64,000 bases of DNA from Thermodesulfovibrio sp. (GTDB lineage Bacteria > Nitrospirota > Thermodesulfovibrionia > UBA6902), in NCBI GenBank assembly GCA_026982355.1, contig JALSHG010000012.1, forward strand, positions 30,579-94,578, in the 5' to 3' direction. Of the stretch, positions 35,970 to 45,657 are shown one piece after another. The first letter of the stretch is position 1. Every line of letters starts with the position of its first letter. The notes below the pieces were generated by a model. The model had not been told where the DNA came from and ran no database searches. It saw only the letters and a program-made list of their open reading frames with translations. Made by a program: the position numbers and the translations under genes.

Positions 35970-36725
35970 TTATTTTGATTCAAGTATAAAACGCTTGTTG
36001 ATGGGCTGGGTCGGCCTGTTGTTGTGCCCTCCTATGACCGCCTCGAATTTCCTGATCTGCTCCCCGGACACCTCAATGGGGGTCTTCAGCACGCTCCAGT
36101 TGACCCCCTCACTGCACGGCGGCGTGGTCAGAGAGCCGTAGAAATGATAGTAGCCCCTTTCAGCGGGCAGCAGGTCGGCGGCGTTGACGGATATGGAGTC
36201 CACGGTGTTTTCCTCGTTTACGACAGGTGAGATGTTGTCCCATATCTTCTGTATGAGATCATTGGCCCTGCCCTCTTTCAGGAATACGCCCACCACGGCA
36301 AGCTCGTTGTTGCTGTTTTTATGAACGAGGTGCATTTCCATGCTGTAATGTTTGCCTCCAACGGTGTTTTCGCTCGGAGCATGAAAGTGAAACTGGAGGA
36401 GTTCGTACTTTTCGCCGTCCACAATTACGGAACTGCCCGGCAGGTAATTGACCTGTACGGTGTGGCCGTTGTTGATCACCTTCAGCGGCGTTGCCTTGTA
36501 GGAGAACACTATGTCTTGCAGGTCCGCCTTGTATGTTTTGTTGATATCCACGGGTGACTGGGCCTTGCCCTTTTCGCACATGCTGAAATCGTGTGACAGT
36601 TTGCCCCAGTGTTCAGGGCCGTTTTCCCCTGTATATCCCCACAGGCCGTGGGCGGCCTCCGCCCTGGATGAAAACGACATGAGTAATACCGCCGCCGACA
36701 GAATAAAAAGACATACTTTCTTCAC
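35970..36725 (-). CDS. Alpha-class carbonic anhydrase, secreted (Sec signal peptide), encoded inside the nuo operon between nuoL and nuoM
   Basis: GTG start at 36725 preceded by AAGGAGGG RBS; signal KKVCLFILSAAVLLMSFSSRAEA; alpha-CA motifs HWGY, QSPVDI, NNGH, QFHFHAPSE, EMHLVH, GSLTTPPCSE. Confidence 0.9.
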   Translation of the reverse strand: MKKVCLFILSAAVLLMSFSSRAEAAHGLWGYTGENGPEHWGKLSHDFSMCEKGKAQSPVDINKTYKADLQDIVFSYKATPLKVINNGHTVQVNYLPGSSVIVDGEKYELLQFHFHAPSENTVGGKHYSMEMHLVHKNSNNELAVVGVFLKEGRANDLIQKIWDNISPVVNEENTVDSISVNAADLLPAERGYYHFYGSLTTPPCSEGVNWSVLKTPIEVSGEQIRKFEAVIGGHNNRPTQPINKRFILESK

Positions 36726-36802
36726 AATAATCCCTCCTTCTGAAATAATATTTGCCTGGTAAAACAAACTGTATATGAATTCACTCTCTATCTGAATCAT
36801 AA

Positions 36803-38725
36803 TCACCTCAGGAAAATCCAGAATCCGATTATAAACATGGCGCCTAGCACCATGGCGAGGCCGTAGCTGGAGAGAAGGCCGGTCTGTATGGTCCTGAACC
36901 TCCTGCTGAAGGCGCCGATCAATGCCGGCACGCCGTTTACAATCCCTTCTATTATCTTTGCATCAAAAAAGCCGAGGATTATCCTGTCCGATGCCTTGAG
37001 CGTCGGCTGGACAATGGTCTTGCCGTAAAGTTCATCCACCCAGTACTTGTTGTACAGGAGCCTGTAGACCGGCTGGAACATGGCCCCCAGTTTCCCGGGC
37101 AGGTCGGTCTTCCTGATATACATGATATATGCTATCAGTATTCCGGCCAGACCCGCTATAATGGAGATTCCCATCACGGCCAGCTCTTCGGCATGTGAAC
37201 CCTCGCCTGCCGGATGCCCGAGCACCGGCGCGAGGAATTCACCGATCCTGTCCGCGTGTTCCAGAAAGATGGGCGGAATGCCCACCCAGCCAGCCGCCAC
37301 GGCGCCGACCGCGAGAATCATCAGAGGCACGGTTATCACGGGCGGCGACTCATGCAGGTGGCGCTCCTGCTCAGGAGTTCCGCGGAACTTGCCGTGGAAC
37401 GTCAGGTATATCAGCCTGAATGAGTAAAACGCGGTCAAGAGGGCCGCCGCGGCGGCAAGGAACCACAGGAACCTGCCGAGCCCGCCGCTCAGGTACGCCC
37501 TCCAGAGTATCTCGTCCTTGCTGAAGAAACCAGCGAAACCGGGTATGCCCGAAATGCTCAGCGATGCCAGGATAAACACCCAGTAGGTTATGGGCATGTA
37601 TTTTTTCAACCCGCCCATCTTCTGCATATTCTGCTCATCGTGCAGTGCATGTATAACGCTTCCCGATGCAAGGAAGAGCAGTGCCTTGAAGTAGGCGTGC
37701 GTATACAGGTGAAAGATTCCCGCTGTATAGGCACCCACCCCGAGCGCAAGGAACATGTACCCGAGCTGGCTCACCGTGGAGTACGCTATGACCCTCTTTA
37801 TGTCATTCTGCACAAGCGCAATGGTGGCCGCAAAGATGGCGGTCACGCCCCCGACGACCGCAACCGTGGCCATTGCCGATGCGGACAGGTTGAAAAGCGG
37901 GCTGCTGCGGGCGACCATGAACACGCCCGCCGTAACCATGGTTGCGGCGTGTATCAGTGCGGAAACCGGCGTGGGGCCTTCCATTGCGTCCGGCAGCCAC
38001 ACATGCAGCGGCAGCTGCGCCGATTTGCCCACGGCCCCGCAGAAGAGCAGCAGGCATATGACGGTAATGGTGTCGAACTGGTAACCGAGGATACTGATGG
38101 TCTGGCCGGCCACGCTGCCTGCATTCTCAAATACCTTCACGTATTCAAGGCTGCCGAATGTAAGGAAAATCAGTATCACGCCGAGACCGAAACCGAAGTC
38201 CCCGAACCTGTTGACTATAAAGGCCTTCTTGCCGGCGTCCGCTGCGGACTTTTTGTGGAACCAGAAGCCTATCAGGAAATAGGAGCACAGGCCCACGGCC
38301 TCCCAGCCGAAGTAAAGGAGCAGGAAGTTGTTGGCCATGACAAGGATGAGCATTGAGAAAACAAACAGGCTCAGATAGGCGAAGAAGCGGTAATAACCGC
38401 CGTCGCCGTGCATGTAGCCTATGGAATATATGAAGATAAGTGTGCTGATGGATGTAACCACCATCAGCATTACGGCGGTGAGCTGATCAATGAGAAACCC
38501 TATGGACACATTGAAGTCACCCGAGACTATCCAGCTGTATATGTTTATATTGATGACTTTTCCGCCCAGTACATCCATGAACGCGCTGACGGCAAGGATG
38601 AAAGAGGCGAACACGGCCGGCACCGCAATCCAGTGGGCCTTGTCTTTTATGTGGTTGCGCCCGAACAGGATGTTTATGACAAATGCAATAAACGGCAGTA
38701 ACGGTATCAATATATATTTCACCAT
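36803..38725 (-). CDS. nuoL: NADH-quinone oxidoreductase subunit L
   Basis: 640 aa antiporter-like subunit with long C-terminal helix region. Confidence 0.9.
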   Translation of the reverse strand: MVKYILIPLLPFIAFVINILFGRNHIKDKAHWIAVPAVFASFILAVSAFMDVLGGKVININIYSWIVSGDFNVSIGFLIDQLTAVMLMVVTSISTLIFIYSIGYMHGDGGYYRFFAYLSLFVFSMLILVMANNFLLLYFGWEAVGLCSYFLIGFWFHKKSAADAGKKAFIVNRFGDFGFGLGVILIFLTFGSLEYVKVFENAGSVAGQTISILGYQFDTITVICLLLFCGAVGKSAQLPLHVWLPDAMEGPTPVSALIHAATMVTAGVFMVARSSPLFNLSASAMATVAVVGGVTAIFAATIALVQNDIKRVIAYSTVSQLGYMFLALGVGAYTAGIFHLYTHAYFKALLFLASGSVIHALHDEQNMQKMGGLKKYMPITYWVFILASLSISGIPGFAGFFSKDEILWRAYLSGGLGRFLWFLAAAAALLTAFYSFRLIYLTFHGKFRGTPEQERHLHESPPVITVPLMILAVGAVAAGWVGIPPIFLEHADRIGEFLAPVLGHPAGEGSHAEELAVMGISIIAGLAGILIAYIMYIRKTDLPGKLGAMFQPVYRLLYNKYWVDELYGKTIVQPTLKASDRIILGFFDAKIIEGIVNGVPALIGAFSRRFRTIQTGLLSSYGLAMVLGAMFIIGFWIFLR

Positions 38726-38743
38726 GTCTTATCCTTCAATGAC

Positions 38744-39046
38744 TCATCCTTTCAGGAGGTTGATCTCATCCACCTTGATGGTGGGGTTGTTCCTGTAATA
38801 CGCGATTATTATGGCAAGGCCGATAGCCGCCTCCGCCGCCGCCACCGCAATCACGAAAAAGACAAGCACCTGCCCCCTCATGGACTGCAGGTAATGGCTG
38901 TAGGCGACCAGGCTTATATTCACTGAATTCAGCATCAGTTCAATTGACATGAATATCATGATCAGGTTGCGTCTTGTAAAAAAGCCCACAACGCCGATGC
39001 TGAACACCACGGCACTCAGTATTATGTACCAGCTTAACGGAACCAT
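38744..39046 (-). CDS. nuoK: NADH-quinone oxidoreductase subunit K
   Basis: Start taken at [10 protein letters not shown] (matches NuoK N-terminus MIPL...); upstream ORF extension runs through a tandem repeat and is judged non-coding. Confidence 0.85.
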   Translation of the reverse strand: MVPLSWYIILSAVVFSIGVVGFFTRRNLIMIFMSIELMLNSVNISLVAYSHYLQSMRGQVLVFFVIAVAAAEAAIGLAIIIAYYRNNPTIKVDEINLLKG

Positions 39047-39060
39047 TGCTCGCTCCATGC

Positions 39061-39135
39061 GCTTCTTGAGTATTGAGTATTGAATTTTGAATTTTGAATC
39101 TTGAATCTTGAATCTTGAATCTTGAGTATCGAATT
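39061..39135. repeat. Tandem 7-8 bp microsatellite (TTGAGTA/TTGAATTT/TTGAATC units, about 10 copies) in the nuoJ-nuoK intergenic gap
   Basis: Direct reading: cttgagtattgagtattgaattttgaattttgaatcttgaatcttgaatcttgaatcttgagtatcgaatt. Confidence 0.8.
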
Positions 39136-39143
39136 CCGCATAA

Positions 39144-39656
39144 TCATATCCTTTTCTTTGCAAGCACCACTGCGCCTACAATGGCCACAAGCAGCACAAG
39201 AGAGGCTATCTCAAACGGCAGCAGATACTTGGTATACATCACCTTTCCCAGCGTCATTATGCTGCCTTCGGACCTTATGGCCTCTATCGAGTATTCCCCG
39301 AGCGGCGGGAGCACGGTTATTCCGGCAACAACCGTCACCACGAACAGGGCGAATATCACCCCTATGGCCGCGCCCAGGACCCAGTGTTTCTGCACCTTGC
39401 GGACCGTCAGCTCTTTTTTCAGATTCAGCAGCATGATAACGAACAGAAACAGTACGAGTATGGCCCCCGCGTACACGATTATCTGTATGGCGGCCAGAAA
39501 TTCTGCATTCAGGAAGAGATAAAGCCCGGCTATGTGTACAAAGAGGACCAGCATCCACAGGACGCCGTGGACCGGATTCCTCCTCGTTATCATAACAACG
39601 GACAACAAGGTTATCATGCCTGCAAAATATGCGAAAAACCACTGTGGTGCCGTCAT
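39144..39656 (-). CDS. nuoJ: NADH-quinone oxidoreductase subunit J
   Basis: 170 aa, 5 TM. Confidence 0.9.
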   Translation of the reverse strand: MTAPQWFFAYFAGMITLLSVVMITRRNPVHGVLWMLVLFVHIAGLYLFLNAEFLAAIQIIVYAGAILVLFLFVIMLLNLKKELTVRKVQKHWVLGAAIGVIFALFVVTVVAGITVLPPLGEYSIEAIRSEGSIMTLGKVMYTKYLLPFEIASLVLLVAIVGAVVLAKKRI

Positions 39657-40207
39657 GTCGCCTTTTTCCCCTCCGCTTGATGATGCCCTGCCGCGGGAAC
39701 TCCGAAGTCCTCTGATTTCGGTCTCCAGAATTTCTCCAGGTACTCCCTTCCCTTTGAGTTCGCCATGTACTTGTCCCAGTTATGCAGCAGGCGGTCTTTT
39801 GTATAATACAGTTCCTCCCGGCTGTAGCCGGAGTACTCGAAGTGGTCGGTAAGCACTATTGCGCCGTAGGGGCATGCCTCCACGCAAAAGGCGCAGTAGA
39901 CGCATCTCAGGACCTCCACCTCGTACCTGTCCACCACCTTTTTGTGGTCGTCATCCTCGCTTGTATAAATATGTATGCACTGCGAAGGACACATTGCGGC
40001 GCATAATCCGCACCCCACGCATTTCTCCCTCCCCGTCTCCGGGTCCCTTACAAGCGCGTGAAGCCCCCTGGAGCCGGGAAAGGGCTCCCTTTTCTCCGTG
40101 GGGTACTGCCTTGTCACAGAGGGAGTGAAGAAATGCCTCAGCGTGAGGGCAAGACCCTTCAGGATTTCAATGAAAAATACTTTTTTAATGAATTCGTTGG
40201 CTGTCAT
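39653..40207 (-). CDS. nuoI: NADH-quinone oxidoreductase subunit I (2x[4Fe-4S])
   Basis: CVGCGLCAAMCP and CVYCAFCVEACP ferredoxin motifs. Confidence 0.92.
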   Translation of the reverse strand: MTANEFIKKVFFIEILKGLALTLRHFFTPSVTRQYPTEKREPFPGSRGLHALVRDPETGREKCVGCGLCAAMCPSQCIHIYTSEDDDHKKVVDRYEVEVLRCVYCAFCVEACPYGAIVLTDHFEYSGYSREELYYTKDRLLHNWDKYMANSKGREYLEKFWRPKSEDFGVPAAGHHQAEGKKAT

Positions 40208-40243
40208 GGTCTGTAAATTTCATTTCATTCCAAGTTTAAAATT

Positions 40244-41215
40244 TCATAAGAGTTTAATCAGTCCGGTGAAAATAATATTCGCCAGGGCCAGCGGTATAAA
40301 GAGCTTCCATCCGAGGCCCATCAGCTGGTCATACCTGTATCTGGGCAGCGTGGCCCTCACCCAGAAATAGAAAAATATGAACGCATAAACCTTCAGCAGG
40401 AACCAAACTATACCGGGAACGCGGGCGAATATCCAGAAATCAGGCCCGCTCCAGCCCCCTAAAAAGCAGATGACGGCCAGCGCGGACATAACGAACATGC
40501 CTGCATATTCAGCCATAAAGAACAGTCCGAAACGTATGCCGCTGTATTCCGTGGCATAACCCGCCACAAGCTCGGTCTCCGCCTCCGGCAGGTCGAACGG
40601 CGCCCTGTTCGTCTCGGCCAGTGCGGCCATGAGGAATACAAAAAAGGCCACGATCTGGGGCAGCAGGAACCACTGCTCCGACTGCGCCCTTACAATATCC
40701 GAGAGGTTTGCGCTGCCGGCCATCATCATGACACCCACGAGGCTCAGGCCCATTGCGATTTCATAACTTATAACCTGGGCCGATGACCTCAGGCCGCCCA
40801 GGAAAGAATACTTGGAATTGGATGCCCAGCCTGCAAGTATTACGCTGTAGGAGCCCACTGATGAAAGCGCAAGGATATAGAGTATCCCTATATTAATATC
40901 CGCAATCGAAAAGCCCTCCCACATGGGGATGACCGCAAGGGAGCCGATCGCCGCGAGCAGCCCGATGATGGGCGCTATGTAGAAAATGGGCTTGTCCGCG
41001 TTCGAGGGTATGATATCTTCCTTGAAAAACAGCTTGATACCGTCGGCTATGGGCTGCAGCAGGCCGTGCCAGCCGACCCTCATGGGTCCGAGCCTTGCCT
41101 GCATGTGGCCTATCACCTTGCGCTCAAAGTACACCACATAGGCTACATGCAGCATCAACACATTGACCACGATAAAGACCTTGATAAATATCCAGAGCCA
41201 TTCCGGCATATTCAA
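40244..41215 (-). CDS. nuoH: NADH-quinone oxidoreductase subunit H
   Basis: 323 aa polytopic, ND1-like. Confidence 0.9.
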   Translation of the reverse strand: MNMPEWLWIFIKVFIVVNVLMLHVAYVVYFERKVIGHMQARLGPMRVGWHGLLQPIADGIKLFFKEDIIPSNADKPIFYIAPIIGLLAAIGSLAVIPMWEGFSIADINIGILYILALSSVGSYSVILAGWASNSKYSFLGGLRSSAQVISYEIAMGLSLVGVMMMAGSANLSDIVRAQSEQWFLLPQIVAFFVFLMAALAETNRAPFDLPEAETELVAGYATEYSGIRFGLFFMAEYAGMFVMSALAVICFLGGWSGPDFWIFARVPGIVWFLLKVYAFIFFYFWVRATLPRYRYDQLMGLGWKLFIPLALANIIFTGLIKLL

Positions 41216-43791
41216 CCCCTACCCTGTATTTTCTCTATTTTCACTTCGCATCCCTCCGTACCGGGAGCCTTGGTAATCTTATCAATACTGAAATTCATCA
41301 AATCATACACCCCGCTGCCCGTGAAATTGCCGCTCAGGAACACCCTGTTGTCCATGATGGTCCCGTCAACGGACACGGGCGCCTCGCACGAGCCTGCCGG
41401 CGTGGACAGCCTGACCTTATCGCCTTCTTTCAACCCGAGCTTTGCCGCACCGGCCGCGCCTATCCTCACGGTTGCCTCAGGGCATATCTTCATGAGCGCC
41501 CGGGACCTCCTTGAGAGCGTGCCCGAGTGAAACAGCGGTTTGTCAACGGCAAGATAGAAGTCCGCATTGTAGTCCTTTGCCCCATCCGGCATCTCGGGCA
41601 CCTCGTACATCTCTCCCCTGAGAGGCTCGCCGTGGTAAGGCCACAGCGCATCTCCCGCCGCTATCTCTCCGTAGGTCAGGTCGCGGTGCAGCGGAGAGAC
41701 CCTTGCCAGCTCGCGCATCACATCCTCCGGTCCGGAGTAGCTGGCCGGAACTCCCATCCTGCGGGAAAGCTCAGAGAGAATCCTCCAGTCCTCCATGCCC
41801 GAGGATGTCTCAACCGCCTTTCTCAGCAGTTGGATCCTCCGTTCAAGATTGGTATATGTCCCGGATTTTTCCGTCCATCCAAGGGCCGGAAGCACGACAT
41901 CGGCCATCTCCGCGGTCTCGGAAAGGAATATATCCTGGACAACAAGGAAATCAAGGGACCGCAACGCCTCTTTTACAAAGGAGCTGTGCGGAATATTGCG
42001 TACCGGGTTGTCTCCCATCACGTACAGGGCCTTGATATTCCCCTTTCCGGCGCCTTCGATGATCTCCAGCAGGGTCAGGCCCTCCCTGTCCGGGACAGCG
42101 GCCTTCCATACCGCCTCGAATTTGCCCCTGAAGTCCGGAACGTTGACCGGCCTTCCTCCCGGAAGCATGTCGGGCACACAGCCTGCATCAATAAGCCCCT
42201 GCTCGTTCGGTCTGCCCGAGAGCAGGTACAGCCTTGCCTCAAGCAGGTAGGTGAGTCCCGCCACCGCAAACAGGGCCCTGTGGCCGTCCGAGCGCTGGAC
42301 AATGTCCATACCGAGGACAATGGATGTGGATGCGCTCTGCAACAGCTTTTTCACGGTCTCGTCAATACCCTCGATACCCGTCTTTTTCCCGGATATCCTG
42401 TCGGAAAGCTCCCTGATCCCCTTGTCCACATAGGGCATATCACCCCGCACGCCCCTGTCACTGAAGACGCCTGTCAAAACCTCCTCCAGGACCTCGGCCT
42501 CCCTGAATACGCGGGGAATCACCTGCAGGGTCCGGAACTTGTCCAGTCCCTTTGCGTAGCCCACGACGATCACGCCGGCCCCGCGCCTTGCAGCTTCTCT
42601 TATGGAAAGGCCGAGCACGGGATTCACCGCCGCGGGGTCATCACCAAGGACCAGGATTGTCTCGGAATTCTTAAGGCCGTCCAGGAGATTGGCCGTTATG
42701 CCCTGTCCGAGCAGGTCCTCAAAGTATTTCTGCGCGGCCGCAAAACCGGTCCTTGAAACAGAGTCTATATTATTCGTTCCGCATGCCGTCCTCATAAATC
42801 TCTGAAATACGTAATTGTCCTCGTTTGTGCATCTCGGCGAGGCAATGCCCGCAATGGAGGCGCCGCCTTCCGCGTTTTTAACAGCCGTTAGTTTTGCGGC
42901 GACGATATCAAGCGCCTCGCTCCACGTGGCCTGCTGAAGCGTGCCGTCTTTTCTCACAAGCGGGGTCCTGAGCCTGTCCTCGCTGTGTATGTATTCATAG
43001 CCGAACCGCCCCCTTGAACAGAGGAGTCCCCTGTTCACCCCCAGGTCCATCCTGGGGATTACACGCTTTATGGAGTCGTCCCTGACCTGCACCACGAGCG
43101 AGCATCCGACGCCGCAGTACGGGCAGACGGTCTCCACTTCCCTGTCCAGTTGCCAGGGCCTGAAGCTGTGAATATACAGGCGGCTTAAGATGGCGCCCAC
43201 AGGGCACACAGTCAGACAGTTGCCGCAGTACTCGCAGTTGAACGACTCGGATGAGAAGGGCTCCACCCTCGAGCGGTTCCCCCTTCCTATCACGCTGATG
43301 GCGGATGCGCCCTGCACGTCGTTGCACATCCTTACACACCTCGTGCATACAACGCACCTCTCCATATTCCTTGCAAGGATATGGTCCTTGTGACTTTCGG
43401 GAACCTTTCTCTTTTCCTCGGTGTACCTGCCCGTGGTGGGCCCGTACCTGTTGACAAGGTCCTGCAGCTCGCATTCCCCCGCCTTGTCGCAGTAAGGGCA
43501 GTCAAGCGGGTGGTTTATGAGCAGAAACTCCAGTATCCCGCGCCGGGTTCTTGATATCTCCTCGGACTCTGTTCTCACGACCATGCCGTCCGCGGCCATC
43601 AGCGTGCAGGAATTCTGCAGTTTCGGCATCCTCTCCACCTCCACCACGCAGAGCCTGCATCCGCCGTAGGGTTTCAAAGCCTCGTGATGGCACAGTGTCG
43701 GTATCTTGATGCCGGCCTTCCTGGCGGCGTCAAGCACGGACATCGGCTTGTCCAGCGTAATCTCTTTTTCGTTGATAGTCAGAGTTATCAT
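41212..43791 (-). CDS. nuoG: NADH-quinone oxidoreductase subunit G (75 kDa, long form with molybdopterin-like domain)
   Basis: 859 aa; N-terminal 2Fe-2S and 4Fe-4S cysteine clusters (CHHEALKPYGGCRLC..., CDKAGEC, CVVCTRCVRMC). Confidence 0.92.
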   Translation of the reverse strand: MITLTINEKEITLDKPMSVLDAARKAGIKIPTLCHHEALKPYGGCRLCVVEVERMPKLQNSCTLMAADGMVVRTESEEISRTRRGILEFLLINHPLDCPYCDKAGECELQDLVNRYGPTTGRYTEEKRKVPESHKDHILARNMERCVVCTRCVRMCNDVQGASAISVIGRGNRSRVEPFSSESFNCEYCGNCLTVCPVGAILSRLYIHSFRPWQLDREVETVCPYCGVGCSLVVQVRDDSIKRVIPRMDLGVNRGLLCSRGRFGYEYIHSEDRLRTPLVRKDGTLQQATWSEALDIVAAKLTAVKNAEGGASIAGIASPRCTNEDNYVFQRFMRTACGTNNIDSVSRTGFAAAQKYFEDLLGQGITANLLDGLKNSETILVLGDDPAAVNPVLGLSIREAARRGAGVIVVGYAKGLDKFRTLQVIPRVFREAEVLEEVLTGVFSDRGVRGDMPYVDKGIRELSDRISGKKTGIEGIDETVKKLLQSASTSIVLGMDIVQRSDGHRALFAVAGLTYLLEARLYLLSGRPNEQGLIDAGCVPDMLPGGRPVNVPDFRGKFEAVWKAAVPDREGLTLLEIIEGAGKGNIKALYVMGDNPVRNIPHSSFVKEALRSLDFLVVQDIFLSETAEMADVVLPALGWTEKSGTYTNLERRIQLLRKAVETSSGMEDWRILSELSRRMGVPASYSGPEDVMRELARVSPLHRDLTYGEIAAGDALWPYHGEPLRGEMYEVPEMPDGAKDYNADFYLAVDKPLFHSGTLSRRSRALMKICPEATVRIGAAGAAKLGLKEGDKVRLSTPAGSCEAPVSVDGTIMDNRVFLSGNFTGSGVYDLMNFSIDKITKAPGTEGCEVKIEKIQGRG

Positions 43792-43870
43792 AAAAATCAG
43801 TTACACGCCGCGGGCCGCGGGGTTTTTTCCATAACTCAACCCGCAACACGCAATTCGCAGCGCCTATATT

Positions 43871-45133
43871 TCAATTCCTGAACTTACACTGTTTATCCCT
43901 GATATGTTCCTCGAATTCACTCCTGAAGTGTTTTATCATTCCCGTAACCACGCCCGCGGCGCCGTCTCCGAGGGGGCAGAATGTCCTGCCGGACATCACC
44001 CCTGCAACATCGGAAAGGAGATTGATGTCCCCTTCCCTTCCCTTTCCGTGCTCTATCCGCTCGAGTATCTTCCTGAGCCAGTCCGTGCCTTCCCTGCACG
44101 GGGTGCATTTCCCGCAGGACTCGTGCTCAAAGAACTTCATGGCCCTGTAAGTCACCCTGACCATGCACACCGATTCGTCCATGACTATCACCGCTCCGGA
44201 GCCGAGCATGCTGCCGGCCTTGGGCATTGCCACAAAATCCATGGCGCAGTCTATGGCGTCGGCCGGGAGAACCGGGGTGGAGATGCCGCCGGGGATCACC
44301 GCCTTCAGCTTTCCGTTGTCTTTGATTCCACCGGCGTGTTTATAGATGATGTCCCTCAGGCTCGTGCCCATGGGAAGTTCGTATACTCCGGGATTTTCAA
44401 CAAAACCGCTCACGCAGTAGAGCTTTGGGCCCGGACAGTCGCTGCTGCCTATCGCTGAATATGCCTCTCCGCCGATTTCGATGATATAAGGGATGTTGGA
44501 GAGGGTTTCGACATTATTGACAATAGTCGGCATGCTCCATGCACCCACATTCACCGGAAAGGGCGGCTTGGTCCTGGGCTGCCCTTTCTTGCCCTCGATT
44601 GATTCTATAAGCGCCGTCTCCTCGCCGCAGATATATGCGCCCGCCCCCTGATGCACGGAAAGCCGGAATCTCACACCCTTGCCGAGGATATCGTCCCCGA
44701 GGAAATTCTCCTTGTATGCCTGCTCTATGGCCCCCTCAAGGATATCCTTTGCAGCGGGATACTCGCCCCTGAGATAGATATAACCGTACTCGGCGCCCAG
44801 GGCATATCCCGATATGACCATGCCCTCTATCAGCAGGTGCGGATTCTTCTCGAGTATGGGCCTGTCCTTGAAGGTTCCGGGCTCGCCCTCGTCCGCATTG
44901 CATATCAGGTATTTCGGAAATTTCGGGTCAGCCATGGCAAAATTCCATTTCATGGCCGTGGGGAATCCAGCGCCGCCGCGGCCCCTGATGCCTGATTTCT
45001 TGACTTCCTCCACTATATCCGCGGGCTGCATCTGCAGGGCCTTTGCCAGACTCCGGTATCCGCCGGCCTTCCGGTATTCACCGATGTCGGCGGAATTGGG
45101 ATTGTCTATGTTTTTCAGCAGGACCTTTTCCAT
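43871..45133 (-). CDS. nuoF: NADH-quinone oxidoreductase subunit F (51 kDa, FMN/NADH-binding)
   Basis: 420 aa; GRGGAGFPT FMN-site motif, C-terminal 4Fe-4S (ESCGKCTPCREG). Confidence 0.93.
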   Translation of the reverse strand: MEKVLLKNIDNPNSADIGEYRKAGGYRSLAKALQMQPADIVEEVKKSGIRGRGGAGFPTAMKWNFAMADPKFPKYLICNADEGEPGTFKDRPILEKNPHLLIEGMVISGYALGAEYGYIYLRGEYPAAKDILEGAIEQAYKENFLGDDILGKGVRFRLSVHQGAGAYICGEETALIESIEGKKGQPRTKPPFPVNVGAWSMPTIVNNVETLSNIPYIIEIGGEAYSAIGSSDCPGPKLYCVSGFVENPGVYELPMGTSLRDIIYKHAGGIKDNGKLKAVIPGGISTPVLPADAIDCAMDFVAMPKAGSMLGSGAVIVMDESVCMVRVTYRAMKFFEHESCGKCTPCREGTDWLRKILERIEHGKGREGDINLLSDVAGVMSGRTFCPLGDGAAGVVTGMIKHFRSEFEEHIRDKQCKFRN

Positions 45134-45143
45134 GGCTTCCGTA

Positions 45144-45608
45144 TTATTTATAGTTCTCCAGTATCTCTTCTATCCTCTTTTCCGAAAGATTGTCGTAAAA
45201 ATCCGTATTGACCAGCATGGCCGGCGCCGTGCCGCATGCGCCTATGCACTCCATTATCACGAGTGAGAACCTGCCGTCCCCGCTCGTGCCGTTGGCAGGC
45301 ACGCCGTATCTTGTTTCCAGGAAATCCACGAGTTTCCCGGCGCCGAGTATCATGCATGAAATGTTCGTGCACAACTGAATCACGTGCCGCCCCGCGGGCT
45401 TGTGTTTATACATCGAGTAAAAAGAGGCCGTTCCCCTCACAACCGCCTCGGGCAGGTTGAGCGAGCGCGCCACGCACGTCATGGCCTCCCGGCTGAGCCA
45501 GCCGAACTCCCGCTGGGCGATGTACAGGGACGGCAACAGCGCGCTCCTGCGGTCCGGGTACTTCGCCTTTATTCCCTCGATTTCCTTCAATACGGTATCG
45601 TTAAACAT
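45144..45608 (-). CDS. nuoE: NADH-quinone oxidoreductase subunit E (24 kDa, 2Fe-2S)
   Basis: 154 aa; thioredoxin-like 2Fe-2S cysteines (CTNISC...CIGACGTAP). Confidence 0.92.
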   Translation of the reverse strand: MFNDTVLKEIEGIKAKYPDRRSALLPSLYIAQREFGWLSREAMTCVARSLNLPEAVVRGTASFYSMYKHKPAGRHVIQLCTNISCMILGAGKLVDFLETRYGVPANGTSGDGRFSLVIMECIGACGTAPAMLVNTDFYDNLSEKRIEEILENYK

Positions 45609-45657
45609 ATCAACAATGCATCCCTGTCACTTGTTCACTGAATAATCATCAATTGTT

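Noticed and set aside
39061-39135. CRISPR array
   Set aside because: Repeat units are only 7-8 bp with no spacers. This is a microsatellite, and no cas genes are present.
38744-39163. Long (139-aa) form of nuoK and long (231-aa) form of nuoC (46982-47677)
   Set aside because: N-terminal extensions translate repeat or overlap DNA and have no similarity to NuoK/NuoC. Internal starts with RBS match the conserved N-termini.
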